64,000 nt of DNA from Octopus vulgaris. Its lineage: Eukaryota. The translations under genes were made by a program, and so were the position numbers. The stretch spans positions 1,674,001 through 1,738,000 of the forward strand of contig OX597822.1 in NCBI GenBank assembly GCA_951406725.2. Direction: 5' to 3'. Positions 1 to 13,630 of the stretch are shown piece by piece. The notes beneath the pieces were generated by a model. That model was given only the letters and a program-made list of their open reading frames with translations. It searched no databases and was not told where the DNA came from. Positions within the stretch are counted from its first letter, which is position 1, and every line of letters starts with the position of its first letter.

Positions 1-6
1 TATCTA

Positions 7-78
<72 letters not shown>
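1..78. repeat. Compound (TCTA)n/(CT)n microsatellite
   Basis: Directly visible tandem repeats. Confidence 0.95.
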
Positions 79-1129
79 CGTCTGTCTTTTAGTTTCCTAT
101 TCTGTTTGCCTTCCAATACATTTATCTGTCATGTTAGAATAAAACCAGTGAGAACCGTATTTGTTTCCTTCTCTTAAATATATTTATATTTACTCTTGGG
201 TAATTAACTTTAATATTATGCAGCTACAGCAAATACAATTTTAAAATAAAACCATAAGCGCAAAAACATTGCAAAATAATATTTTTTCTGGGAACCAATT
301 AAATACATAATTCAAAGACATATGAATTCAAATTTCATTTTTGGAATTTTTTCTTAAGCTTAAAACTCAATAGAATTGGAAACATTCTTTAATATATTAA
401 TGTTAAATTAACTGTTATAAGAAAACGAAAAGAGATGATTAAAATGTATTCCAAGTTAATCGTTGTATAAATTTTATAATAACATTTTATAGATTATATT
501 TTCTGTTAACTTCAGCATTTAGTTTCGAATATCTAGATGTATTATATTTTTGTCACATCTTTGTTGATATTTTCTATTATGATCCTCCACCTACATCCTG
601 CTATCCATATATTAAATAATGCAGAAAATATCATCAAATACAATAGTTATTTCGTAGTTTTTCGTTTTTTTTTCATGAAATCTCGTTGGAAATGTGAATT
701 TTCTCCATTATATTGGTAACACACTACATATATGATGTATGTTGTTATTTTCGAATCTTTTCGTCAGCCAATGGGAAATTCAATATTTATGAACATTATC
801 CAGGGCCTTCATGTCTGGTTTGGATATTTATCTCAAACCACTGGAGATCTGACCCGAATTCTTGCAAAAGAATGGACAACGTTAAAGCTTTCCAAGATGA
901 GAGGAGGTGGTGTTAATATGGTCGACGGATTAAGTTATGGCTTACACAGATTTAAATATGAAAACAAATATAGAAAAGAATAGTAAAGAAAAAATATATT
1001 CTGAAAACATACACTCGGGGGTATAAACAATTAACAAGCTAAGTTTTTAAAGCCAGTCATCACCAGTAAATGAGTATGGTTCTCGCTATTTGTTTTAGAT
1101 ATCTATAAAGTCACGGACAGACATAGATA

Positions 1130-1362
1130 CTCACCCATTTCTCTTAAATTTCGACGTAACGGTTCATCCAGGGTGTGACAGTTAACAGGATAGAGAGCTA
1201 CATTATCACTCTACTAGTATCATCTTCAGTATAGTAAACTGGATCACTGTGAAATAAAGTGCCTTGCTCAAAGGCATAGTGCGTTGCATCGGTCCAGGAA
1301 TCATACGCACGACATTGCGACTGTGAAAAAAACACCCTAAACACAAAGCCACGGGCTTTCAC
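1130..1362 (-). mobile_element. Degenerate tRNA-derived SINE
   Basis: gtgaaataaagtgccttgctcaa matches the CORE-like segment of the SINE at 25268-25619 in the same orientation; decayed tRNA-like head near 1290-1360. Confidence 0.55.
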
Positions 1363-3355
1363 AACACGATAAACCTAGACACATTCAGTTAAGACGTTCT
1401 CGCCAGTCTGCCCTAAATTTCAGCAAAAAATTACTAGAATATAGTATCTTGCATTTCCTCTCATATTCAATGAAAATGTTGACGAATTCTTAGATGAAAA
1501 TAAGTGTGTAGGTTTCTAATCCTTTACATATATTGCACAATAGAACCTCTAACACAATATCCCTTTGACAGAGGAAAACTGTATGTCTCTTCTCACTAAA
1601 AGATGGTGTCATAATCATAATGACACCATCTGCAGGTAAACAGAACCGTTCTACACTGAGAATACCTGTTCGACATAGCTTCAGCTGTCGTCAGTCCTTG
1701 GAAAATGAAGGAGTACCTGGAGACAGGTCTCAACGATCTGCATTTAATGCTGATCGGGCAGGGTCAGCAATATTTGGAGTTTACTCTGGTTTCTGTGGTC
1801 AGCAGAGATTATCTGGAACTGAAAATGCCCCAGCCTTGGTAACACAGCCAAACCACAGTGTTCGGAATTTTTTATAGACTGCAGTTAAAATTCTTCCGGA
1901 AAAGACTTCGAGGTTTAGCTATGTCAACACTTAGAACCTTCACGAGATCATGCTCATTTTCACCTTACTTCTGTGAATCCTGTATAGAATGCAAGGATCC
2001 TTATAATACTAACTGCATAATTTTTTTGATCGGTGTGAAGCAAGTGTTTATTCCTCTTGTTCTCTTAGTAATTGACAGAAAAATGTACAAACAGAAATCA
2101 CTAAACTGCTGAAGATCATCCCAATCAACTACCGTTCAACTATTTTGCTAAACCATTCATTCTAGACTAATGGATTCCCTAATCAACGGATTTTTCTTAG
2201 ACTGATTTTCAAATCATAAATCTCCGTCCTCCATTACAGACTATGTAAAATAGTGGACACCCTACTCTATATGTATCGGCTAACTTATCACATATATTAC
2301 TAAAATACAATCTAGGTGACCCGTCACTGGTTGTTCATGTAAGCAATAGCACATTCGGGAAATACATTCCTTATTCGCCAGACAGTTGATTATGAGTACA
2401 CTTTCGATTCTTTGAAACACCATAGATTGTCGGATAACTACACACAGATGCACACACACACACAGAGTGTGCATCAAAATATAATTCGTCTCTTCCAGTA
2501 GATGGAAAGAACGGAATTCCCAAGAACTCTCATAGTCGCCTTTAGAAATCTAGCCATACAGATCAGGTCTTGGCACAATTAACGCGCCATCTGAAGATAT
2601 CGCCTTCGTTGTTCTTGTTCACATCCACTAACTGCGATTTACCGTTGAGTTCCTGGACTTTTTCCACCAGATGAGTACATCTTGTCATAGAATATTGACG
2701 TAAATGCATGTTGGTGGTAGTAGAACAGTTCCTCATGTAGTTTGGCTTTGCCGTTGGTGATATCGCTTCGGTATTATTGGTATGCACCACCTGTTTCAAT
2801 TATTGGTATACTTGGTGGCATTTATGGTGATATTAGCAGGGGTGTCTGTGATCTTCTTTGTATCTAAATTAACCAAACTAAAATACATACGAGTATAAAG
2901 GTATAGAAACATCGGTCTATTGGGAAACTTTGTTGTTGCAAGACTTTTTAAAAAGGGTTTGAATAAAACTAAATATATATTTTACTTAAAAATAAAAACT
3001 TTAAAGTATAACACAATCATACATTCTAACACACTAAAATAGATACACAAACTGAAATCGCCCCACTTATCAATCTGGGAAAAATATTTCATAAGCTCTC
3101 TCTTGGCAGACTATCCTAGCAATATTACTTAGGTTAGTGATGAACTCCAAGAAATCTCATGCCCTGTACTTGTTACTTCCAGAAATGGATCTGACGAAAG
3201 TAGCATTAATTTTTGTAGGCCGTTCAATTTACCTCACTTGGTCAATAGTCCAGCTGAATAAAACTGTTAATAATATAACTATTATGAGTACTGGAAACAG
3301 CTGCAAGCCAAGTTCGCTCTAATAAAGGAATTATATGTAATAACCATTATTTTAA

Positions 3356-3390
<35 letters not shown>

Positions 3391-3394
3391 CATG

Positions 3395-3747
3395 TAGTGA
3401 AGGGAAGAAATGGAGCTGAACGAAGATTCTACAGAATTCCTTTTATTATTTTCTACACATGTTTCAAAGGAATTTAAAAATCCAAAACAAATGCGCAGCA
3501 AGGTATTCGAACAAAACGCTCCCTAGGAGCCCATTTTTCATGGGCTCCTAAGGAGCGTTTTGTTCGAATACCTTGCTGCGCATTTGTTTTGGATTTTTAA
3601 ATTCCTGGATTTTCCTGAAGAGAACGCTGCAAAACGGTCTCCTTATTCAATCCGAATTTGGAAATTTGCGGCCTTTGAAACATGTGTAGAAAATAATAAA
3701 AGGAATTCTGTAGAATCTTCGTTCAGCTCGATTTCTTCCCTTCACTA
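3395..3747. repeat. Foldback inverted pair of a hammerhead-bearing non-coding element (Penelope pLTR/retrozyme-like)
   Basis: Arm 3395-3534 is the near-perfect reverse complement of 3540-3747, except that it lacks a segment of about 68 bp (approx. 3604-3671). Same family as 21563-21827. Confidence 0.9.
3609..3694 (+). ncRNA. Type I minimal hammerhead ribozyme
   Basis: Stem I attttc/gaaaat; core CTGAAGA at 3615-3621; stem II gaacgctgcaaa/tttgcggccttt (11 of 12 pairs including G-U); GAAAC-atgt-GTA with palindromic ACATGT stem III. Confidence 0.75.
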
Positions 3748-3930
3748 AATATATTAAACTTCAATTATCCGCGCTAAGGCACGGTTGCGACACCCCAAGG
3801 TCGTAATTTCAGCCGTGTTTTTTCTGTTGTGATTTTTGCTACCCAGGTATCGGTTAAATTTTGAATAATCCTTAACAAGATAATTCATTTATCCATTTCA
3901 ATAAATATATATACATGTATGTATGTATGT

Positions 3931-4770
3931 AATTTGATACTTTGATAGGTTTCGGCCATTATTGGCCCAGGCCATGTCTAAGTTAATAGCACCACCTGGT
4001 GAAGTCTTTCAAGTTAGAATTTGGGCACTATGGCCCACTCAAGTAGAGAGTTACTGTTTACAGAGACATATCCGGGTGTAGGGGGTTTATCCGGAATTTC
4101 TTGAAGGAATCTGTCCAAAGACTTCTTGAACCCTATAGGGTCTGTTTCTGTTTTAATGTGTTTTGGTGTAATGTTAAAGATAGCGGGGCCAATTGAGGTG
4201 AAATAATTGTGTCGTATTGTTGTTATGAGATGAGAGTGCGATTTTTGTTGTGGGCGGATGGCACGGGGCCCAAGCCTTGGATGTACCTTAAAGGTGATGC
4301 CAACATCATTTCCGCAATGCTGATGGAATATTTTCCACATCATGCAGATGATGTAGCGCTCACGGCGACGTTGGAGAGAATAAAGTTTTAGCTTTTCTAG
4401 TCGACCCCAATAGTCGAGGCCTGTCATGCCGTCTATCTTTTTTGTGATTGACCTTTGAGGTGCTTCAACTTTTATGATACTTTGTTTTGTGTGGGGAGAC
4501 CACAGTGGACAACAGTATTCAAGGTGGGGTCGGGCAAATGTGGAGAAGAGAAGGATAATGGTGTGGATATCTCTCGACTGGAAAGTTCTGAGAATCCAGG
4601 AACACATTCTGCGGGCCATGTCAACTTTGGTGTTTATATGAGTGGCCCAGCTTATCTTGTTGTCCACAATTACTCCCAAGTCTCTGATGTTGTTGGATGC
4701 TACAAGTGTTTCACCTGAAGGAAGGGAGTATGGGAGTTTCAGGGCATCCTCTTTTCCAAAGTGGATTAAC

Positions 4771-4773
<3 letters not shown>
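3931..4773 (-). mobile_element. 5'-truncated CR1-clade LINE (C-terminal part of ORF2 plus 3' UTR)
   Basis: Uninterrupted frame to the stop at 4014 with RDLGVIVD, RPHLEYCCPLWSP, E.PQR and LYSLQRRRERY; (TACA)n tail at the 3' end; truncated at a (TA)n tract. Confidence 0.9.
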
Positions 4774-4850
<77 letters not shown>

Positions 4851-5050
4851 TACATATATATATATGCATTTGTAGAGTGGAATGAGCTTATAAGCCATTT
4901 AAAAACACGCAAACACCGTTAGATTCACTTCAGTATTTACATTTAATTTGTCAAAATATTTTCGTCGCTTTTCACTGACAAAATTCCTTGCTGCAATTGT
5001 TTCTGTTTCAGCACACGATCTCAGATCAAGTCACTTTTTATATATTTCCG

Positions 5051-5086
<36 letters not shown>

Positions 5087-5116
5087 AGAGTTACAGACAG
5101 GCAGACAGATACACAC

Positions 5117-5186
<70 letters not shown>

Positions 5187-5574
5187 GCTTATTGCATCCG
5201 TTGTGTATTTGAGTGCGTGTTTGTGTAAATATAAATTTGTAAATTTATATACTAATACTATAGGACTTCCAAGTCTAGAAATAAACATCATTATTCAGAT
5301 CTCTTTTGATTAATGATTCTGCCTGCCAAACACCTTAATATAAATTATGTATTTTTAGCCTACAACCCTGATTACTTCTGACTCTTCACGCTTTAATCAT
5401 GACTCTCGAAGACATGAAAACTTATTGTTTTTATAACTCTGAAGATGCTAACTTAATTTTAGATTATCGTGGTTGCTAAAAGTGAATATCTTTCTTTCGT
5501 GCTATTTACAACAATATTTCTCGTTCTGGTTGTCTGTCTATCGGTCTTTTAGTTTGTATGTATGTCCATATCTG

Positions 5575-5890
5575 TGAGGGCGCATGGCCCAGTGGTTACT
5601 GTTGCATTCGCTGTCACTGTGTTCTTAAGCAAAACGCGTCATCTCAAGTTGCTTTACGATCCCGTCGACACCTGAGCTGTAGTGCGTCGTGCACCCGTTC
5701 AAGCAATCTAAATTTGCTGGAGTGAGTGAGCTAATATAGGACACAAACATTTCATGTAAACAAATCATTTGTGCTGGGTGTTCAGCATGAAATTGCAAAA
5801 CCACATTCCACGCACTACGAGAGATAAGTATCATATCATGTCCATACCTCACATGTTAGCTATGGAAGGTCAATTAGGAAAGGAAAGCTT
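5575..5890 (+). mobile_element. Degenerate tRNA-headed SINE
   Basis: Head gagggcgcatggcccagtggtta (A-box-like) resembles the heads at 38179 and 25619; followed by CORE-like ttcttaagcaaaac. Confidence 0.55.
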
Positions 5891-6120
5891 GTCATCACCA
5901 CCGACGGAGGAAACAAATAAAGGCAGGAATGGGTATTTGTGAAGAAACGAACATTTTGCTCGAAAACTCACCTCCAGTGTTGTGAATGGGAATAGTCTGG
6001 TCTGCGTTATCCGAGGACGTGTATGTCTATCAAGACTTGGACTCATTAGTCACCAGCAGAGCCGCGAGTGTGAAGTATAAATTTGTTAGAGTGTACAATG
6101 TTCATGATGGTCAGTTACGG

Positions 6121-6212
<92 letters not shown>

Positions 6213-6980
6213 GAGCGACGAAACCGTTCTGCACGCACTCGTTCAGTGTCCAACAATTTCCGACCTGTGGGCTTATGTCGAACAACTGCTGTCACGTGTG
6301 GGACGAGTCGGTTTATCAGCTGAGTCTATCGTCAATATTGTCACGCCTCCTTCCTTCAAACGGGAAGGAAGAGCTATTTTCATCATCCTTGTGGCTATGG
6401 CGAAAGAATGTATCTGGTGGACGCGTCTGAAAGGATTGGAGACAAACACTTTCCTCTCTGGTCAATCTCTCATCAACTTCTTCAAGTACCACTTGAAAAG
6501 GAAAGTGAGAGTAGAGAGGCAAGTTTTGTCTAGCGAATGTTTTAAAAAAAGATGGGTGAATGTAGCAAGAATGGCACGTATGAATGACGAAGCCACCTTG
6601 AGCATGATCCTATGAACCCAGAAATTGAAAACAGAGAGTTGCTTATTCGCAAAAAAAAAAAAAAAAGAAATATAACATGTGACTCCATTGACCGAGGTTA
6701 CCGTGGTCTTTTCCGTAGGCTTTTCTTTCCACGGGTAAACCTCACCTGTCCTCCCCTTTACACTTCATATTGACATTTCTGTGATAACGATCCCTATTGA
6801 TCAATTTTTTTCCTCTCCCCCTTTTTTTAACCCCCCTTTTTTGTCCTCTTTCTCTCCTTTTACGATCCCTTTTGATCGAAACTCCCCCCTTTCCTTTTTT
6901 TTTTTTTAAACCTTCAAAAGAAAAGCTCTACCTTGTAATCTGTTCTATCTGTGTGCAGCCCTGTGTGGCTAATAAAGAAA
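6213..6980 (+). mobile_element. 5'-truncated Tx1/L1-clade LINE 3' end inserted in (TCTA)n
   Basis: Open frame SDETVLHALVQCPTISDLW...AKECIWWTR...FKKRW (zf-RVT-like ET..H....C.....W) to the stop at 6615; pyrimidine-rich 3' UTR ending in AATAAAGAAA; (TCTA)n on both flanks. Confidence 0.8.
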
Positions 6981-7019
6981 CATATCTATCTATCTATCAA
7001 TCTATCTATCTATCCATCC

Positions 7020-7094
<75 letters not shown>

Positions 7095-7341
7095 GCTTTC
7101 CCTGTATATATATTCTTTTATTTGTTTTAGTCATTTGACTGCGGCTTTGCTGGAGCACCACCTTTAGTCGAACAAATCGAGCCCAGGACCTATTCTTTGT
7201 AAGCCAAGTACTTACTTCATCGGTCTTTTTTCCGAACCGCTAGGCTATGAGGACGTAAGCACACCAACGTCGGTTGTCTAGTAATGGTGGGGGACAAACA
7301 CAGACACACAAACACATATGCACACACATATATATATACAT

Positions 7342-8538
<1,197 letters not shown>

Positions 8539-8547
8539 ATATATATA

Positions 8548-9845
8548 CGAGGGGCGTGCAATAAGTAATGGCCCTGACCCACTTCCCATAGCAGTAGAGC
8601 AACGAAACTTAGCACAGTTGTTAGTCTCTTTCTACATTATAACCAACCAGAGTTACGCATTTCTCCCATCGTTTGATGCAGCTCTGGAGACCGTTTTTAT
8701 AGAAGACCCCCAGCTTGGTCCTCCAACCACGACGTGACTTTAGAAATCAAGGCTGCATCATCTGGGAAACGCTTTCCTTTCAAAAATAACTTCATGGCTG
8801 GGAAGAGGTGAAAATCAGAGAGTGCAAGGTCAGGAGAGTAGGGGGGATGGGGAGGAGTTCATAGCCGCACGCATGTGCTTCTGATCTGGCGACACGCGAG
8901 TTGTGGACCGGAGCGTTGTCCTGCAGGAGGAGGATGCCTTTGCTGATCTTACCAAGCCTCTTGATTTTGATAGCTTCTCTTAATTTCCTCAAAAGGGAAG
9001 CATAATAGGCTAATGTAATTGTGGTACCCTTTGCCAGGAAATCTGTCATCACTACTCCGTCCTGGTCCCAGAAGACTGTGAGCATGACCTTGCCAGCGGA
9101 GGGCTGCACCCTTGCCTTCTTTGGAGGAGGTGAGTCACGGTACTTCCACTGCATTGACTGGGCTTTGGTCTCTGGGTCATAGTGATGAACCCAGGTTTCT
9201 TTCTGTGTAATCAGTCTTTTGAAAAATTTTGACTCATCTTCTTGGCACATCTCCAAATTCATCCTCGAGCACTCGACGCGTTCTTGCTTCTGGAAAGGTG
9301 TGAGCAACCTGGGAATCCATCTGGCAGACACCTTTTGCATATGCAAATGGTCATGAATGATAGTTTCCACAAACCCGGTACTAATCTTGACCTCATGGGC
9401 TATTTGGCGAATAGTTATGCGTCGGTCGATCTTCCAAAATGGCAGCCTCAACTTGACGGACAAATACCTCATCAATGGCAGAAGTGGGGGCGACCAGATC
9501 TGGGAGCTGTTTCCACAGAGTTCCGACCATGTTTGAATTCACGATGCCAGTGTTTTACAAGGTCATATGATGGGGCATCATCACCATAAGTTACTTTCAT
9601 TTCATCAAAAGTCTTCCGTGGTGTGCGTCCTTTGAAATACAAAAACCGGATCACTGCTCGACACTCAACAGACTCCATTTCACACTTGACTCAGTTCAAA
9701 CACCTGTAAATCAGAAACCACAATCAGTTTAGAGCTGTAATTTGCCACTTAATCTATAGAGATACAAATAATTGCACATGCAAACTTTCAGCTAGATCAA
9801 ACAGCTACAAGTGGGTCAGGAGCATTACTTATTGAACGTCCCTCG
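8548..9845 (-). mobile_element. Full-length mariner transposon (about 1.3 kb)
   Basis: About 37 bp TIRs (cgaggggcgtgcaataagtaatggccctgacccactt versus its near reverse complement at 9809-9845); TA on both sides. Confidence 0.95.
8640..9678 (-). pseudogene. Frameshifted mariner transposase
   Basis: HTH ORF 9472-9678; ORF 8792-9475 with WIPRLL, ITQKETW (first catalytic D replaced by K) and LLQDNAPVH; YSPDLA box lies out of frame. Confidence 0.9.
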
Positions 9846-9989
9846 TATATATATATGACGGGCTTCTTTCAGTTTCCGTCTACCAAATCAGCTCACAAGG
9901 CTTTGGTCGGCCCGAGACTATAGCAGAAAACACTTGCCCATAGTGGCACGCAGTCAGACTGAACTCGGAACCACACACCCGCTCCTGCG

Positions 9990-10048
<59 letters not shown>

Positions 10049-10073
10049 TTATATACATACATACACGATAATG

Positions 10074-10170
10074 ATGTTGACAGTCAGTGAGTTCGAAGTT
10101 TCGGCCAACTAAGCCATCGCTCGACGATGTGTTAGCTAGCCGAAACTGTGAAGTCACTGGCAACAACATT
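10074..10170. repeat. Short foldback of hammerhead 3' halves related to the 14461 motif
   Basis: cagtgagttcgaagtttcggc / gccgaaactgtgaagtcactg; the right arm GAAAC-tgtgaa-GTC-actg resembles 14486-14504. Confidence 0.55.
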
Positions 10171-10294
10171 CTTTTCTAAGAATAATAAATTTGTACTCTA
10201 CCAAAGTATAGATTAACACCTTAGATCAATGTAAAATTGTTTTATCATAACTGAACGTAAAAACAAACATTCATATATATATATATATATATAT

Positions 10295-10469
10295 ATAGGA
10301 AAAAAGCAACAAGAATGGATTAAAATCTCGGTACAATCGTTTCGTACGAGGACATCTTTAATAAGCTACAAAAAATGCAAAAAATGCTACAAAAAATGCT
10401 TATTAAAGATGTCCTCGTACGAAACGATTGTACCGAGATTTTAATCCATTCTTGTTGCTTTTTTCCTAT
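10295..10469. repeat. Near-perfect ~72 bp inverted repeat in a (TA)n-embedded element
   Basis: Arms 10295-10366 and 10398-10469; spacer made of GCTACAAAAAAT-like units; arm contains GAAAC-gatt-GTA. Confidence 0.9.
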
Positions 10470-10584
10470 TTGTAATCACCCCACTTGTCGTATGGTTAAC
10501 ACATATAGATTTCCGGTGCATCCTAGTTAAGGACCATATTCATGTGAATTCATTAGAATTCACTTGAATCTCAATTACGTAAAC

Positions 10585-10636
<52 letters not shown>

Positions 10637-10670
10637 GAATGTTTTTTTTTAAATTTAATTTTAATTTTAA

Positions 10671-10761
<91 letters not shown>

Positions 10762-10766
10762 GTATG

Positions 10767-10839
<73 letters not shown>

Positions 10840-10840
10840 T

Positions 10841-10878
<38 letters not shown>
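10585..10878. repeat. Long (TA)n microsatellite tract
   Basis: Directly visible; source of the YIYI ORFs. Confidence 0.95.
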
Positions 10879-10880
<2 letters not shown>

Positions 10881-11998
10881 GTCATCAATTATCAAATAAA
10901 GTGTAGCTGTGTAGACGTCGCATATACCTAAACTATAGCGTAGATACTTAATACCCGGCTCTGTATCAATTACGATAGCTGACAGTCTGGGAGTTATCGA
11001 TGAGAACTGAACGGATTCTTACTCCGAAATACCGTTAATATTTACTTTGGAAACCTTACGTTTAAATCAACGTTCAATATAAAACCATTTCTACATAATA
11101 AGAGAAATTGTCATACACATCGTAGACTCCTGTATACCTTATACGTATGCTCGTATACATGTAGGTAAGCATATCTATGTTTGTGTGCTTGTGCGTATGT
11201 ACGTGTGTGAGCATGCGTTCGTGTCTGTGTATGCGTTCGTGTCTGTATGTGCGTGTATATATTTATGTAAATATATGTACGATATACAAACAGTTTATCT
11301 CCTCATTATAGCCTGAGCTTCATTTTACATTAATTCAAACCTATACCATATATGATGTATATCTTCTCGATAGAATTTCTGTATATTTAATTTGTTACGG
11401 CCGGTCTGCCTGCATGTATGAATGCGTGCGCGCGCGCGTATTGATGTCTGTGTTTATACGTATAATTATAAATATGTGTGTGTGTATGTGTGTGTACGCG
11501 TGTTTGTATGCGTGCGTCAGTACATAACAAAAAAATGTCTGAAGCGATTTTATCTAATTTCGAAATATATCAGTTGATGCTTGTTTATAATTAGAGAATC
11601 CAAAGTATAGGAAAAAATATTCTGATAGCAGAATTGGTTGAAAGAAGATGCATTGCGATTTTGCAAGTTGGAAAATGAAGTGAAAATTAATATTTTATTC
11701 TATGAGGAATAATTTGAAAACCCTCTTTTAAAGAAACAATTCTTAGGTTAAGAGATCGCTAAACTTAGCAATATACTATAATGAGATATATGTTTGTATA
11801 CCCGTGTGATGAAGAAAACCTCTTTGTAGTCGAAAGGTTCTGGGCACAAGCCTATCGCACTCCCTTTGAGCTTTGGTAGACGTAGCGCTTCTGATTGAAT
11901 TGTATATATGTAAGTTAATTATTAGTGACAGAAGCAATATTAAAACCAAAACGTAATATTTATTACTATTTAAAAGTGGATGCTGTGTTAGAACACAA

Positions 11999-12369
11999 AA
12001 TACTGTGGCAGTTACCACGAGAGAAGATCTCGTATTGGATTTAGGTGCATATAAGCACTCTTGTTTATATCGCAGGCGCTGACTATCGGGTCACATAATT
12101 TCGGCCTTATCTGGCTTTGTCAACCCACTGGTTATTCACGACATATGTGCCTGATTCTTTGTATATCGCTAGCAGAGATCTCGCTGCTATATCCAGCGTT
12201 CGAGCGTCTACCATTGACAAGACCCGGGAAGGCCGAAATCACGTGAGCTGGTGCTCACAGCAGTGGCGATGGCGGGCGATTAATCTCCCCTCTAGCGATG
12301 TAAACAAAAGTGTTCATATGCACCAAAAGCCAATATAAGTTTTTCTCCCATGGTAAGTGCCGTAGTATT
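11999..12369. mobile_element. MITE/foldback with ~75 bp imperfect TIRs
   Basis: tactgtggcagttaccacgagagaa...tatcgc versus gcgatgtaaac...ggtaagtgccgtagta; inner IR atttcggcctt/aaggccgaaat; TA at both ends. Confidence 0.75.
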
Positions 12370-12799
12370 CCGTTTTGGAACTCTACATTCATTTTTAAGT
12401 TGGGATAAATATGGAAATTGTGCTAAAGCCGCGCCAATAATTCGTAGATTTAACCCTGTCACTTTTTTGATGACGATTACTAATGATTACACGTCGGTTA
12501 TATATTTATATGGTCAACTCAAATGATACCACAGACCACAGTATTTGTTCCAGCTCAATACTTTCTGACCTCAAATTCTACAAAGGTCAGCTATGCCTTC
12601 CATGCCCAACTATTAAGCAATTACTGCCACAGTTTCTGCTCTTTCTCCACCTAACTCTGTCTCTCCATACTATCTATACAATTTCTGGTTATTCAACTTC
12701 AACCACACAGTATACTGGTTGATCAAGAAGTTATACAATTCATGGTTACGAAGCAAAATACTTAACCATTCGTCCTTACTTAGTCTATAAATTGAAAGG

Positions 12800-13630
12800 A
12801 AAATTCTGCGCTCACGATGTGTATTATGAAGTTGTCAGCGGCACAAGCAGTACATATGTGGGAAATGCGATGAGAGTCACCCTAATAAGGGAGTGCTGGG
12901 ATTCCAAGTGGTGCAGATAGAATTAGTGGGCGTAAGGATTTTTTGTGCGGAGTAATACGGTATTTTTTTTGTTTTCAAGATGGAAGACTCCAAGAAGTTG
13001 AGTGCTTGCGGAAATCCTACAAAGTTGCCGGATAATGACGCGTTTTCTGGTTTTTAGACTGTATTCTGAGAATTTAATTGAGAATTTTCGTATGGTTTTG
13101 TAGGTGTGGGCTCGCACTGGGTGGGGGATTTTGAAGGGCATATATGGAGGAATGCTTTCTCAAACACATTAACTACCAAAGACATTCAGCGGAATTCTTC
13201 CAGTACTATGATTTGTTATGTGATTTGATACAAGCATTAAGTAATGATAGCTGTGGTGTAGAATGTAGACGTATAGTATGTATAATGAGTGAATTTATAA
13301 GGCAGTGGTCTGACAATCAGATAATTGTAAGACATTGTCTATAGGAGCTAATAAAAATAATGAAGGTCATCTGGACAGTCTCTTCATTAATCAGTGATAC
13401 GTTTAGGTAAAGACGCACACTGCCACGTGGTTTCAGGGTGTCTTTTGTGCAATCATAGGTGTCATGCGTGGGAGAAATAAAACTGTGTGGACATAACATT
13501 AAACAAAGAAAACGCTGTCACTGTGAGTAGGATTAATGTGAGATAGATACACTCAGAGATATCAAATTGATGCTGGTGGTTAGAAAATTTGAAACAGCAC
13601 TAGAGACATCAGATGTAATTAACGGAATGA
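12800..13630 (-). pseudogene. Possible heavily decayed Penelope-like RT C-terminal relic
   Basis: Weak motifs only (KP..S.R.YLN-like segment in ORF 13317-13499); many stops. Confidence 0.25.

Noticed and set aside
537-983. Overlapping short ORFs as a possible host exon or Penelope RT remnant (GPSC, LDIYLKPL)
   Set aside because: Motifs are too short and lie in different frames; no convincing splice or coding signal
1858-2112. RGLAMS resembling the Penelope GxAMG motif
   Set aside because: No supporting neighbouring RT motifs
2280-2800. GDIFRWR..C.KT on the minus strand resembling a Merlin/IS1595 transposase N-terminus
   Set aside because: A single weak motif with no TIRs or DDE residues found
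4940-4985. Hammerhead-like arrangement tgtc-AGTGAAAAG-cgacGAAA-atatttt-gaca on the minus strand
   Set aside because: Core is non-canonical and stem II is missing; cannot be supported from this copy
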